The notes under the pieces are model-generated. The model saw only the letters and a list, made by a program, of their open reading frames with translations, did no database searches and was not told where the DNA came from. Of a DNA stretch of 64,000 nt, positions 16,648 through 26,281 are shown one piece after another; position 1 is the first letter of the stretch, and each line of letters begins with the position of its first letter. The position numbers and the translations under genes were made by a program. Source of the stretch: a virus (Duplodnaviria > Caudoviricetes); the IMG/VR virus record IMGVR_UViG_3300002220_000568, positions 1,660 through 65,659 of that record. One strand, 5' to 3'.

Positions 16648-17152
16648 TCGATCTAATGCCAAAAACTACAACGACTGTACAACTATTACTATCTGGGAAT
16701 TTATAAAGTGATATTCCTATCATATGTTGCATGGTTGAACCATAATTGATTAACATATTTTGTAAATGAGGTTTTGAATTTTCCCAAATATCATAAATTG
16801 CATTTCCTATATCTAGTGAATCAATAGTTTGCCCATTTGTATATTGAATTGCAAAAATTAAATTTTCAGATAAAATAGTTTCTCCAAATTCTTTACCTCT
16901 ATCAAACAGTTGGGGTAATAATTTGGTATTTGGTAATGCTTTGGTTTGAGTATGACTTAGAGTCGATGTGCGAACTATCCAATTGGCGTGATGATTTGCC
17001 GCAGAATCAAATGAATTTGCTCGATTAAAAATTGGCAATGAATATCCAGCTCTTACTGAATTTAATTTATCAATAAATACTTGTTCTATTGATTGGGAAA
17101 AACTCGAAATCCCTAAAATTAAGAATGAAATTACAATTAAAATAGATTTCAT
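16613..17152 (-). CDS. Secreted CAP/SCP-domain protein
   Basis: Start moved to ATG 17152; signal MKSILIVISFLILGISSFS|Q; NSVRAGYSL...AANHHA...LSH...SENL...WENSKPHLQNML...IGIS. Confidence 0.8.
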   Translation of the reverse strand: MKSILIVISFLILGISSFSQSIEQVFIDKLNSVRAGYSLPIFNRANSFDSAANHHANWIVRTSTLSHTQTKALPNTKLLPQLFDRGKEFGETILSENLIFAIQYTNGQTIDSLDIGNAIYDIWENSKPHLQNMLINYGSTMQHMIGISLYKFPDSNSCTVVVVFGIRSTSSALLVIGQH

Positions 17153-17191
17153 ATTTCTTGCTTTATTATATTTTACCAAATATTGATAAAA

Positions 17192-17213
17192 AAAGCCGAA
17201 TGAATTCGGCTTT
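17192..17213 (-). terminator. Intrinsic terminator for the minus-strand late operon
   Basis: aaagccgaa-tgaa-ttcggcttt; long A-tract on its left gives a U-tract on the minus strand. Confidence 0.7.
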
Positions 17214-17350
17214 GTGTATCCAAACGCATAAAAGAACTGGTGGAACGCTACGAACCGCCTTTGACAAAGCAAATAAGCGAAGTAAAACTATTGGAAGAAA
17301 CGGTAAAGAAACACTTGGAAAAGATGGCCTTTAAGATGGAAACCCTATAA
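17204..17350 (+). pseudogene. Orphan fragment resembling the C-terminus of a type I R-M HsdM methyltransferase
   Basis: Open frame ...SKRIKELVERYEPPLTKQISEVKLLEETVKKHLEKMAFKMETL*; no ATG upstream of the HsdM-like segment; matches the recalled HsdM tail pattern RxKELAERYETPLP...LExKVxxHLxKMGF. Confidence 0.6.
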
Positions 17351-17414
17351 AAAACGAAACCCACTAGTTTGAATTGCTTCAGGGACTAATGGGAATAAGA
17401 TAATTAATAAGTAT

Positions 17415-18149
17415 TTACTTCTTTACTGGCGGAACAAACTTATCATCATTTTTATCTTTAATCGGATCGGTCATTTTCTTTGGATCCTTTTTCAATAAAT
17501 CTGCTTTTTTTGGCTGATTTTTTGGATTAAAATTTGGGTTTGAGTTCTTAGGCGCTTGTTTAATTTTTAGTTTTGGAAATCCACCCTGTTGTTTTTTACG
17601 GCCTTCCATTAATTCTTCATCATCGTCATCAACGAGATCAGTTTCGTCTTTGAATAAACTTGTTCCTTTAGCTACTAATTCGCCCGAATCTTCATCTGGC
17701 GTTTCAGGAACATCACCAAATTCGTCTCTATTCTTTTCGTATTCATCTTCTACATCAAATTCATCTTCGACTTCGACTTTTGCTCTACGTGCAGATTTTG
17801 CTGCATATTCAATAGAATATGTTAATTCCTTACTGTTTTCATCAGCATCATCTAATTTCAATCTTACGTCAAATGGCTTTCCACTCCAAGTTTCAAATCC
17901 AAAATCTCTAAGATTTAAAGTTTCCGGTGCATATTTAAAGTCCTGATCAGATACACTAATTTTAATAGTATTATCTACTACTTTTGGACTACGATTACCT
18001 TCAAAATTTCCATTAACAATAAATGTTGCTAATTTTATAACTTCTTCTGGTACTTCTTCAACTGCTACATCATCAGCAGTAAGAGTATCAAACTCTTCAC
18101 TAAAATTTTCATTAACAAAACCTGTAAAGTTTAGAACAAATTTTTTCAT
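17415..18149 (-). CDS. Acidic/basic bipartite late protein with capsid-targeting-like leader
   Basis: MKKFVLNFTGFVNEN; D/E-rich middle and K/P-rich tail. Confidence 0.7.
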   Translation of the reverse strand: MKKFVLNFTGFVNENFSEEFDTLTADDVAVEEVPEEVIKLATFIVNGNFEGNRSPKVVDNTIKISVSDQDFKYAPETLNLRDFGFETWSGKPFDVRLKLDDADENSKELTYSIEYAAKSARRAKVEVEDEFDVEDEYEKNRDEFGDVPETPDEDSGELVAKGTSLFKDETDLVDDDDEELMEGRKKQQGGFPKLKIKQAPKNSNPNFNPKNQPKKADLLKKDPKKMTDPIKDKNDDKFVPPVKK

Positions 18150-18166
18150 ACTTAGGTAAAATATTT

Positions 18167-18514
18167 TTACTTATTTTTTCTTTTTTCGTACACCCCAGAA
18201 TGGCGACGATAATGTTCAGGCTCAATTTCTTCCAGATCGCCAAGATCAAGTTCTAATTCGTCGTATGGTTCTTCAAACTGATCATCTTCGAGGTCATCAA
18301 CTAGTGTATCATCAGCTTCCTCTGGCATTTCATTATTAAATTGAGGTTCGAAATCTTCTGGATTATCCTCAGTAATTTCAAAAGCTCCACACTCAGAACA
18401 TGTTCCATCTTCTAAGATGCTCGCATTACAACAATTTGAAGTTTTATCAAGGCCTTCACCTTGATTATACATTTCATTAACGAATTTTCCAAATCCGACT
18501 ATAAACTGTTTCAT
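18167..18514 (-). CDS. Acidic late protein with CC-x9-CxxC motif and capsid-targeting-like leader
   Basis: MKQFIVGFGKFVNEM; SNCCNASILEDGTCSECG. Confidence 0.7.
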   Translation of the reverse strand: MKQFIVGFGKFVNEMYNQGEGLDKTSNCCNASILEDGTCSECGAFEITEDNPEDFEPQFNNEMPEEADDTLVDDLEDDQFEEPYDELELDLGDLEEIEPEHYRRHSGVYEKRKNK

Positions 18515-18529
18515 TTAATACTAATTATT

Positions 18530-18976
18530 TTATGGTTCAATATCTCCTTCGATTGAAGAACCTAACATTTTGTCATTGAATTCATCATATGCAGTAACTG
18601 CATCCTTCATAGCCGTATTAAGATTCTGCAAATCAGCCTTTAAACTTTCAACCTTAGTTTTATCCTCATCACTAGTTGGGTTATTTCGGATTTCCTTAGG
18701 TATTTCCATATATTCCTTTTGCTTGTCTTTAAATGCAGTAATTGCAGCACGCCTAGTTGTATCAATTTGTTCGAATTCTTCTTGTTCGGAAAGTTCAGTT
18801 TCTTCAGCAGGCGGAGTTTCTAAACCTGTTTCTATATCTGATGTAGTATCAGTAGTTGCTGGGATTGGTTCAACTCCAGCAGGCTGAATAGGTGCAGGTG
18901 TAGCAGTTGGTTCAGGTACAGATGGATCAACTTTTTCAGATTCCTTTATCCATTCCTCATACATGTGAATTGGCAT
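18530..18976 (-). CDS. Acidic coiled-coil late protein
   Basis: MPIHMYEEWIKES; late box at 18999. Confidence 0.7.
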   Translation of the reverse strand: MPIHMYEEWIKESEKVDPSVPEPTATPAPIQPAGVEPIPATTDTTSDIETGLETPPAEETELSEQEEFEQIDTTRRAAITAFKDKQKEYMEIPKEIRNNPTSDEDKTKVESLKADLQNLNTAMKDAVTAYDEFNDKMLGSSIEGDIEP

Positions 18977-19033
18977 ATCTATTAGATACTTTTGTTTTTA
19001 TTTATCTGCTTTCTGGTAATAAATAACTATACG

Positions 19034-19375
19034 ATGAACATTTTAGCATTTGATCAATGGGTTAATGAAACTTCACGGCCTTTACGAAATCTTAAGGACT
19101 TGGACATTAATAGACGATATAAAGGAACTCGCTATGATTCTGAGTTATTTCCAAGATTTAGACGTTTACAATCTAGAATACAGCAATTAGATAAATCGCC
19201 AAATTTACAAACTTGGTTTATTATGATGCAAAATTCAGATAATGAATTCTATACAATGGTTCAAACTGGTGCATTAGGTCAACCTGATGTTAGGGAATTA
19301 TGGAGAGATCTAACTGGTCAAAAATCTGCAAGAATGAGAAAATATAATTTATCAGAAAACTATGATGAGCCGTAA
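19034..19375 (+). CDS. Late protein with capsid-targeting-like leader
   Basis: Start moved to ATG 19034 (MNILAFDQWVNET); late box at 19018. Confidence 0.7.
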   Translation: MNILAFDQWVNETSRPLRNLKDLDINRRYKGTRYDSELFPRFRRLQSRIQQLDKSPNLQTWFIMMQNSDNEFYTMVQTGALGQPDVRELWRDLTGQKSARMRKYNLSENYDEP

Positions 19376-19859
19376 TAGACGAAGACCTAAACCTTATAAA
19401 AAGGACGGCGACTTATTTTTTGGATGGAATAATACTAAATGGTTTATTCGTGAATTTAGAAATATGTATTCTAGTGAGCCATCATATTTTTCTAAAAAGC
19501 GAATAGAATCTGGTATTTCATTTATCATTGGGCAAACTGCCATGATTCTTTTTATCATATTCAAATACGCAGATATTGACATGTACGATTTTATAATGTG
19601 GGCATCTCTTGAATTTGCAGTTGGTGGGTACATTACTTATCAAATACAAAGGCAAAAACGAGATTATCGAAATTATTATGATAATGAATATGATGAATAC
19701 GGTGGGAATGGAGGATTCGAGGGTGATCACTATAGAAGAGATAGAGAATATAACCAATATCCTAATAATCGCGAGGGTGGGTTTAGAGATGATCAAGGTG
19801 AAGATCCAGAGCCAACTGCTCCTCCGCCAAACGCTGGATCTACCCCATATCCTATGTAA
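19362..19859 (+). CDS. Two-TM membrane protein (holin candidate)
   Basis: Two hydrophobic helices and a charged low-complexity tail. Confidence 0.55.
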   Translation: MMSRNRRRPKPYKKDGDLFFGWNNTKWFIREFRNMYSSEPSYFSKKRIESGISFIIGQTAMILFIIFKYADIDMYDFIMWASLEFAVGGYITYQIQRQKRDYRNYYDNEYDEYGGNGGFEGDHYRRDREYNQYPNNREGGFRDDQGEDPEPTAPPPNAGSTPYPM

Positions 19860-19861
19860 TT

Positions 19862-20563
19862 TTACTTGGACAAAAGAATTGAATCTAATTCATCAAGCCA
19901 AATGAATAATTCTTCAATTAACATTGGCCCACTTTCTAATTTGTTAGAGTCCTTTGTTATTAAAGCATTAGTGATTTGCAAAGTAAGAGAAATTTGAGAT
20001 AATATAGTATTAATGACTTCGAATAATTGCCAGCTTATTAAACCTTCCATTTCTATTTCATCCTCTGCTATATTAGTAAATTCAATAAATGAATCTATTG
20101 CCAACGGTAAATCTAACCAATCTCTAACGTCAAATGACGATAAGTGGTGAACTCCTTCTTCTTCTTCACCATCTTTTACCGAAACTCCCATAATGACTGG
20201 GTAAATATTAATAAATTCTAATGTCTCATCTTTTATTGGAGTTACTTCACCAATTTTAAACAAGTACAAAATATTCATAGGTACAGGTTCTACTTTTTTT
20301 GGTGAATCGATTAGTTCAATTATTTGATCGCACGTTATTCCAGTTAAAGCATGTGAAAACATTACTTGAATAATGTCCTTATGTTTATTTAATAATTTTA
20401 ATAGATCGCGAAGAGTTACTTCATCTGTTAGTTGAACTGAATACCACAAATATCTAGAGATTGGGAAAGTAGATTCACTAATATCTTTGTCTACCCAAGT
20501 AGCAGAAGACTCGTCCCAAAATGAAAAAAATATTCCATGTTTTTTAATTGTTATCTTTTGCAT
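19862..20563 (-). CDS. Acidic hypothetical late protein
   Basis: 233-aa ORF; TATAAATA at 20571. Confidence 0.7.
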   Translation of the reverse strand: MQKITIKKHGIFFSFWDESSATWVDKDISESTFPISRYLWYSVQLTDEVTLRDLLKLLNKHKDIIQVMFSHALTGITCDQIIELIDSPKKVEPVPMNILYLFKIGEVTPIKDETLEFINIYPVIMGVSVKDGEEEEGVHHLSSFDVRDWLDLPLAIDSFIEFTNIAEDEIEMEGLISWQLFEVINTILSQISLTLQITNALITKDSNKLESGPMLIEELFIWLDELDSILLSK

Positions 20564-20640
20564 AGATTATTATTTATAGCGAGAACGTATAGTAGATAGT
20601 ATTAATTTTGTTAAATAAATAACTAAAAAGATTAGAATTC

Positions 20641-22548
20641 ATGATTGAATCGTTTATTAAACTAGTAGGTGAATCTAAAGAAATTACAGAAATGGGAATT
20701 TCTAGTGTTTCTAAATTGACAAATAGTTCTATTGGTGAGCGTCGTAGATGGAGTGAAAAAGTTAAGGAGCTTAGCAAATTATTACGAGAAGTAAAGTTTA
20801 CTGATATTACAATGGAACAATATGGTGGGGCCCGCATGTACTATCCAAGGTTTAATAATCAACAAATTGTACAATTAATGAATGAGTTAAAAAGCATAAA
20901 TCAGTCTAGATTTACTACCGGAATAGGAAAATGGCGTGATGTTTACCCAAACGATAGTGACGCAATTTATATGAAAACTGATGGACCTGATGAATTTCAA
21001 AGGAGTCATTTTCCAAATGAGGGAATCCCAACTGGTATACGCAATTCAGGATTGAGTATGAAATTATATAGAGCGCTTTTGAGAAAAGTAAAATATATTT
21101 CATCAAACACAGGCGGAACATTAGCAAAAGATTTTGTTTGGGCTTCACTATTACAAACAAAAGTCGATGCAACAACTGGACAAAGAGCAGAAGATGATGT
21201 GTTAGCAGTAGTTGGGCCAGCTAATTGGTTAGCTCTTGACAAAACAATGGCAACTCAACATATAGTAAATGTTGTTAGAGAATTCATAGAGATGACGATA
21301 TCCTTCTCTAATACTACTCCAGATAAGTTTGATATGGATGATGAACTTATTGAAGTTTTACCAAACGAATTTTTATCAAATTTAAGTTCTGAATACTTAC
21401 AATCTCTAAAAACGGAAGGTCGAATAACTAGTGAAAAATTGGCTGAAATTACTGCATCTAGGGGTAGAGCAGCACAAGCCCAACAAGAAGAAGAAAATAG
21501 AAGAGCTGAAGCAGAACGACTTAGATTAGCTGAGGTAGAAAGAGTAACCAGAAAACGTCTGATTGCTAGACTTGCAAAGTATGGTGCTGACCCAGATGCA
21601 GATTGGAATATTGGAGATTTTATTGTAGTTAAACAGTATTTGTATCAAAGCGATTATGAGCCATTACCGATTAGAGAAGTTGCACAATTGCGTAATGGAG
21701 AATATAGAGCACTAGGTATTAGTCAAATGATTAGAGTTCAAAGAAATGAAATTACTATAACTGATGCGCCGGATGCTAGAACAACTAGAGATAAAACAAA
21801 ATGGGTAAAAGTAAATATTGATGAAATCCCAGATTTAGATGATGTTAATTTAAGTCGTGAAGAAAAACAATATATCGAAAATAAATTAACACCAGCAGTT
21901 GCCGCACAAAGACAAGAAACAATAGTTAAACAAAGACAAGAACAAACAGATCAAGCACATCAAGAAAATACAGAGCGTCGTAATAATAATTCAACATACG
22001 GTTTTTATCCAAGAACAGCTGGTGAAATAAAGGAAGCTCTACGAATCCGACCTACTCTTGGAATGTATAGAGATTTGTTAAAATCTTTTAAAGACAGAGC
22101 CTTTATACAAGGGATGGAATACATTATATTGGGACCACCTCAAAGACTTGCAATGCGTAATTACTTTGCTGTACCAGTATATATTCCATGGACTGGAAGA
22201 TCTAATAGACCGCGACCTGCATCAATAGAAGAAATACAAAATGGTTCTGCTCGTTTAAATAATGCAGTAACTGGAAATACAATAGATGCGCCATACTTAG
22301 GATTAGATTTGATGGCATATCCATTGAGTGAAGTAACTACAGCTGATAAAATTGCAGCACGAGGAGGTCAACATTTCTATGTAGCTGGACATCAAAATGT
22401 ATGGGGTGTTTTAGCAAAAAGTGAATATGGAACTCTTAATACAACTCGACAGCAATTCATTTATTTAAAAATATACGGGCCGTTGGGTAGAAGTGTATCA
22501 GTTAGATTAGATCTTCTACGAAACATAGGAGCCCCTATATCTCTTTAA
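20641..22548 (+). CDS. Large late protein with a GNAT-like segment and coiled coil
   Basis: MIESFIKLVGES; HFPNEGIPTGIRNSGLSMKLYRALL...YISS...AKDFVWASL resembles GNAT motif A. Confidence 0.6.
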   Translation: MIESFIKLVGESKEITEMGISSVSKLTNSSIGERRRWSEKVKELSKLLREVKFTDITMEQYGGARMYYPRFNNQQIVQLMNELKSINQSRFTTGIGKWRDVYPNDSDAIYMKTDGPDEFQRSHFPNEGIPTGIRNSGLSMKLYRALLRKVKYISSNTGGTLAKDFVWASLLQTKVDATTGQRAEDDVLAVVGPANWLALDKTMATQHIVNVVREFIEMTISFSNTTPDKFDMDDELIEVLPNEFLSNLSSEYLQSLKTEGRITSEKLAEITASRGRAAQAQQEEENRRAEAERLRLAEVERVTRKRLIARLAKYGADPDADWNIGDFIVVKQYLYQSDYEPLPIREVAQLRNGEYRALGISQMIRVQRNEITITDAPDARTTRDKTKWVKVNIDEIPDLDDVNLSREEKQYIENKLTPAVAAQRQETIVKQRQEQTDQAHQENTERRNNNSTYGFYPRTAGEIKEALRIRPTLGMYRDLLKSFKDRAFIQGMEYIILGPPQRLAMRNYFAVPVYIPWTGRSNRPRPASIEEIQNGSARLNNAVTGNTIDAPYLGLDLMAYPLSEVTTADKIAARGGQHFYVAGHQNVWGVLAKSEYGTLNTTRQQFIYLKIYGPLGRSVSVRLDLLRNIGAPISL

Positions 22549-23287
22549 TCGGGTGCATTTCGTAAAAGGTAGTTAGCCTTTTTCTAAACATAATATAATA
22601 GTCTCTAATATCTCTAGATGACATCGTAAATGTTTGAGGTTTATGGTCACTTTCATTTGATATTAGAATTCTACAAGTATTTACCTGTATTTGCATTCTA
22701 TCCCAAACTGCTACAGCATAGGCTGCAACTTGTAATTTATAATCGTCAATCCACTTTTCTTCCTTTGGTTTTTTGGCTGTTTTGAAATCAATAATTGCAT
22801 AGTCATCTGATATTAATTGTGATAAATTATCTAATGTCCCAGCATACCCACCATTTCTAGCAGTCCATATAAATTTTTCCTGTGCTATTACTTTCTGTAT
22901 ATCATTAAACGATCCAGCTCTTATGTAATTGTAAAAAAGTGCACCACCAACAATTTTTGCTCTATTATCAAATTTGTCAATTTCATCATCTAACCTAGAA
23001 AGAGATAGTGTTTCATTTACCCTATCATAAGCAGGCATTGATATAGGTAAATTTAAGTATATTTCACAAAGTCTATGCATAACAGTTCCTCTATTCGTAG
23101 CATCTGAACTTATTTCATTTGCTTTATGTTCTCCAATCCGGCCTTTCCACTTATCTAACCATTCCTTATCTCCAGTTTCTCCGAGTACGGAAGTGACACT
23201 TGGAAAAATTCCTATTGTTTGAGAATCCTGAGTAACTTGGTAGTATCTAAAACCGTCTAAACTAACTCTCTTTATTGTCTCACTCAT
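22535..23287 (-). CDS. PD-(D/E)XK (RecB/Cas4-like) exonuclease
   Basis: PSVTSVL, GTVMH, YAGTLD, IIDFKT, LQVAAY. Confidence 0.9.
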   Translation of the reverse strand: MSETIKRVSLDGFRYYQVTQDSQTIGIFPSVTSVLGETGDKEWLDKWKGRIGEHKANEISSDATNRGTVMHRLCEIYLNLPISMPAYDRVNETLSLSRLDDEIDKFDNRAKIVGGALFYNYIRAGSFNDIQKVIAQEKFIWTARNGGYAGTLDNLSQLISDDYAIIDFKTAKKPKEEKWIDDYKLQVAAYAVAVWDRMQIQVNTCRILISNESDHKPQTFTMSSRDIRDYYIMFRKRLTTFYEMHPIKEI

Positions 23288-23326
23288 TCAAATAAATAAT
23301 TTTAATGCAATTCTTTTACAAAAAAT

Positions 23327-24733
23327 ATGAAAACAGTTTACATGGTTAAGACTTTCGATGACTTTGATACACATATGAATGAAAGTGGAGCTTGGGATTG
23401 GTTAACTGGCAAAAAATCAAAAAATAAAGATGCTGAGAATACTGAAAATCCTACTCAGCATACTGACCAAATAGAAGATAAGTCTTCCGATTTAGAAGTT
23501 AACTCCTTTTATAAGGAATTAGAAGACTTTGCTAATTCTGGAAAATCAGTTGTCGTTCAGTCAAAGGGTAATATGCAATATTCAGAGCTAGTTAAAAAAA
23601 TACAAATGGGTCTTGATTTTCTAGGCTTTAAGTTGCCAAATCACGGAATAGATGGACTATTTGGGCCAGAAACAGCACATGCAATAGAACAATTTAATGC
23701 AAGTACTAAATCAAATACTCAACCGGTTGATGAAAGCCTTTTACCGTTTGGCGCATATTTTAAAAATATTTATGAGGCAGCAAATGGAAAAATTTCGCCA
23801 GATGCACTTGAAAATATTGGAGAACCTGGGAAACAAGATGGACCACACAAGTTAAATGACGAAGCAGCAGCAGCATATGATCAAATGAAAGCAGCAGCCG
23901 AAGCAGACGGAATTACATGGAAAATAAACGATTCATATAGGGATTATGACCAACAGGTTAAAACTGCAAAAGAAAAGGGTTTATATAAAGATGGCGGGCT
24001 TGCTGCAGTACCTGGAACGTCAAACCACGGTTGGGGGTCAGCTGTTGATTTACAATTAGACACAAATGCTCTTAATTGGTTAAAACAAAATGCTGCAAAA
24101 TTTGGTTTTTCTAATATTTCTAGGGAACATTGGCATTGGGAACATAAATCTAGTATTCCATCTGCTCAAAATGCACCACAATCAACTGCAAGTTCAACGA
24201 TTTCATTAATTGATGGAAATTTAATAAAGAGGTTGATATTTAATTTAAAGAATCGGGGATTTAATAAAGAAACATTGGCAAAATATGCAACATCCGAACC
24301 AACCTCTTCTGGAAATACTCAAAATCTTAATGATGATGCATTCTATCGTTCGATTTTAAAAATGCTAGGAGCAAACGAAACTCCAGAAAAGATGAAATTT
24401 TTGAAAGCTTGGCGACAAGCTGAAGGAGGTAAAGCTGATTATAATCCATTTAATACCACGAAAAATTTAAGGGTATCAGGTATTAGAAATTATAATAGTG
24501 TTGGAGTTAAAGAATATCCAAATGCTGAAACTGGATTATCCGCAACCGTTGCTACCTTACGGCTTCCATATTATAAGAATCTAGTATCTCTTCTACAAGA
24601 TGACAGCATAACAGCTGATCAATTAGCAAATAGTCCAGACCTTAATACTTGGGGAACAAAAGATGGAGTTATTAAAGTTTTAGCCGGTGGAAGAGTTAAT
24701 CCACCAGCTATTGCAACGTCACAAATTGCTTAA
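23327..24733 (+). CDS. Modular peptidoglycan hydrolase: PG-binding + M15 (VanY-like) peptidase + lysozyme-like domain
   Basis: GIDGLFGPET (PG-binding); INDSYR...PGTSNHGWGSAVD...EHWHWE (M15); AWRQAEGG...NPFNTT...GVKEY. Confidence 0.85.
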   Translation: MKTVYMVKTFDDFDTHMNESGAWDWLTGKKSKNKDAENTENPTQHTDQIEDKSSDLEVNSFYKELEDFANSGKSVVVQSKGNMQYSELVKKIQMGLDFLGFKLPNHGIDGLFGPETAHAIEQFNASTKSNTQPVDESLLPFGAYFKNIYEAANGKISPDALENIGEPGKQDGPHKLNDEAAAAYDQMKAAAEADGITWKINDSYRDYDQQVKTAKEKGLYKDGGLAAVPGTSNHGWGSAVDLQLDTNALNWLKQNAAKFGFSNISREHWHWEHKSSIPSAQNAPQSTASSTISLIDGNLIKRLIFNLKNRGFNKETLAKYATSEPTSSGNTQNLNDDAFYRSILKMLGANETPEKMKFLKAWRQAEGGKADYNPFNTTKNLRVSGIRNYNSVGVKEYPNAETGLSATVATLRLPYYKNLVSLLQDDSITADQLANSPDLNTWGTKDGVIKVLAGGRVNPPAIATSQIA

Positions 24734-25803
24734 TTAGAAAGAGGAATCTTTATCGCAGCTTGCGATTGATACCCAATTATTTCAAAATCAGATATGTCAT
24801 ACTCAGAAATGTCTTCAACTTGACGGTCTGCAATCTTTAGTTGAGGAAGAGGAAAACTATCTCTGGTCAATTGTTCTTGCATCATCGGCACTTGGTTAAG
24901 GTAAATGTGAGCATCTCCAATTGATGCAATCAATTCGCCTGGAACCATGTTAACATGTTTAGCTAGAATTTCTAACAGAAGACCATACGATGCAAGGTTA
25001 AATGGCAGTCCTAATGGAATGTCATTGCTACGAATGTTGAACATTAGAGATACTTCATACACTGGAATATTTCTAGTCTTTAGTATTGAATCAGTCCAAT
25101 GTGTGTCTTCCTGTTTCATCTGTGGAGCATACAGATTGTAGTAAATATCGATTCTTTCCTGACGAGAAAGTAGTCTAGTATAAAGCTGGAAAGAATAATG
25201 ACATGGAGGAAGAGTCATCTGAGGAATTTCTGGAACGTTCCAAGCGCTAACAATCATTCTACGATCTTCTGGATTGTTTTTGAGCTTATGAATGATATTC
25301 TTTATCTGATCAATCGATTCTCCATTCCAAAATTCTCCAGAAATTTGCTTTCCATCTTCTGATTTATTTTGAATATCGTAATTAAATACTTCCCAATTTC
25401 TCCATTGTTTTCCGTATACTGGACCTAACTCACCCCAAATGCTAGCAAAAGATGGATCATTTTTTATCATCTCAATAAATTCAGCCTTATCCATCTTCTT
25501 ACCTGTTCCAGGAATACATTGATTTTCGAATTTTTTATATGCGTCGCCGACCCAAATGTTACAATCATTGTCTACCATATACTTGAGGTTGGTTCCACCT
25601 TTTAAAAACCATAAAAGTTCTACAATAATTGCTTTAAAATATACTTTTTTTGTTGTAATTAATGGAAAACCATCACTCATTTTATGTCGAATAGTTCTAC
25701 CAAAAACTGAAATGTTACCAGTACCAGTTCTATCACCTTTTACTGTGCCATTTGTTAAAATGTCTGAAATTAAATCACTATACTGCTTATCCAGAGTATT
25801 CAT
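24730..25803 (-). CDS. thyA: Thymidylate synthase
   Basis: DRTGTG, GPVYGKQWR, LPPCH, RSND, PFNLASY, GDAHIY. Confidence 0.97.
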   Translation of the reverse strand: MNTLDKQYSDLISDILTNGTVKGDRTGTGNISVFGRTIRHKMSDGFPLITTKKVYFKAIIVELLWFLKGGTNLKYMVDNDCNIWVGDAYKKFENQCIPGTGKKMDKAEFIEMIKNDPSFASIWGELGPVYGKQWRNWEVFNYDIQNKSEDGKQISGEFWNGESIDQIKNIIHKLKNNPEDRRMIVSAWNVPEIPQMTLPPCHYSFQLYTRLLSRQERIDIYYNLYAPQMKQEDTHWTDSILKTRNIPVYEVSLMFNIRSNDIPLGLPFNLASYGLLLEILAKHVNMVPGELIASIGDAHIYLNQVPMMQEQLTRDSFPLPQLKIADRQVEDISEYDISDFEIIGYQSQAAIKIPLSN

Positions 25804-25821
25804 ACGTTAAATTTTTTTAGA

Positions 25822-26268
25822 TTATAGTTTTACTCCGAAACCGGTAAAAGTTCCAAACATAGGTAATTCATTTGACCCATAATATATCAAAACTGTCCCA
25901 GACTCTCGCAATGTATCATTTACAATTGATCCTTTTCCTGAATATTTAAAAACAATAAGAACACAGTCTTTTCTATATGTAGAATACGGAATATACTCAT
26001 ATGATATACCATCATTTTGTAGAATGGCAGATGTAGTAATTTCATTAGTTTCTATTGCAAGTTTTTCATGATTAAATGAGGTAATATTCCAAATATTTGA
26101 GTATTGCTTATTATAATCATTGTACTGCTTACATACTATATGCAAATTACCTGAATAGCGTCCTTCTATTTCGTATTTCGGTTTAACTGTTGTATATTCA
26201 ACAAGTTGATCCTTATCACATGAAATTAAAAAAATTGCTAATAACCAAAAAAGTTTTTTAATCATCAT
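25822..26268 (-). CDS. Lipoprotein
   Basis: MIKKLFWLLAIFLIS|C lipobox. Confidence 0.7.
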   Translation of the reverse strand: MMIKKLFWLLAIFLISCDKDQLVEYTTVKPKYEIEGRYSGNLHIVCKQYNDYNKQYSNIWNITSFNHEKLAIETNEITTSAILQNDGISYEYIPYSTYRKDCVLIVFKYSGKGSIVNDTLRESGTVLIYYGSNELPMFGTFTGFGVKL

Positions 26269-26281
26269 TTGTATTTACTAA

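Noticed and set aside
22535-23287. Cas4 as part of a CRISPR system
   Set aside because: It is a stand-alone PD-(D/E)XK phage exonuclease with no Cys cluster typical of Cas4 and no array or cas neighbours.
24730-25803. thyA as a dCMP hydroxymethylase, or as carrying an intein/intron
   Set aside because: It has the dUMP-specifying Asn (PFNLASY). The insertion of about 30 aa has no splicing or endonuclease motifs and the frame is continuous.
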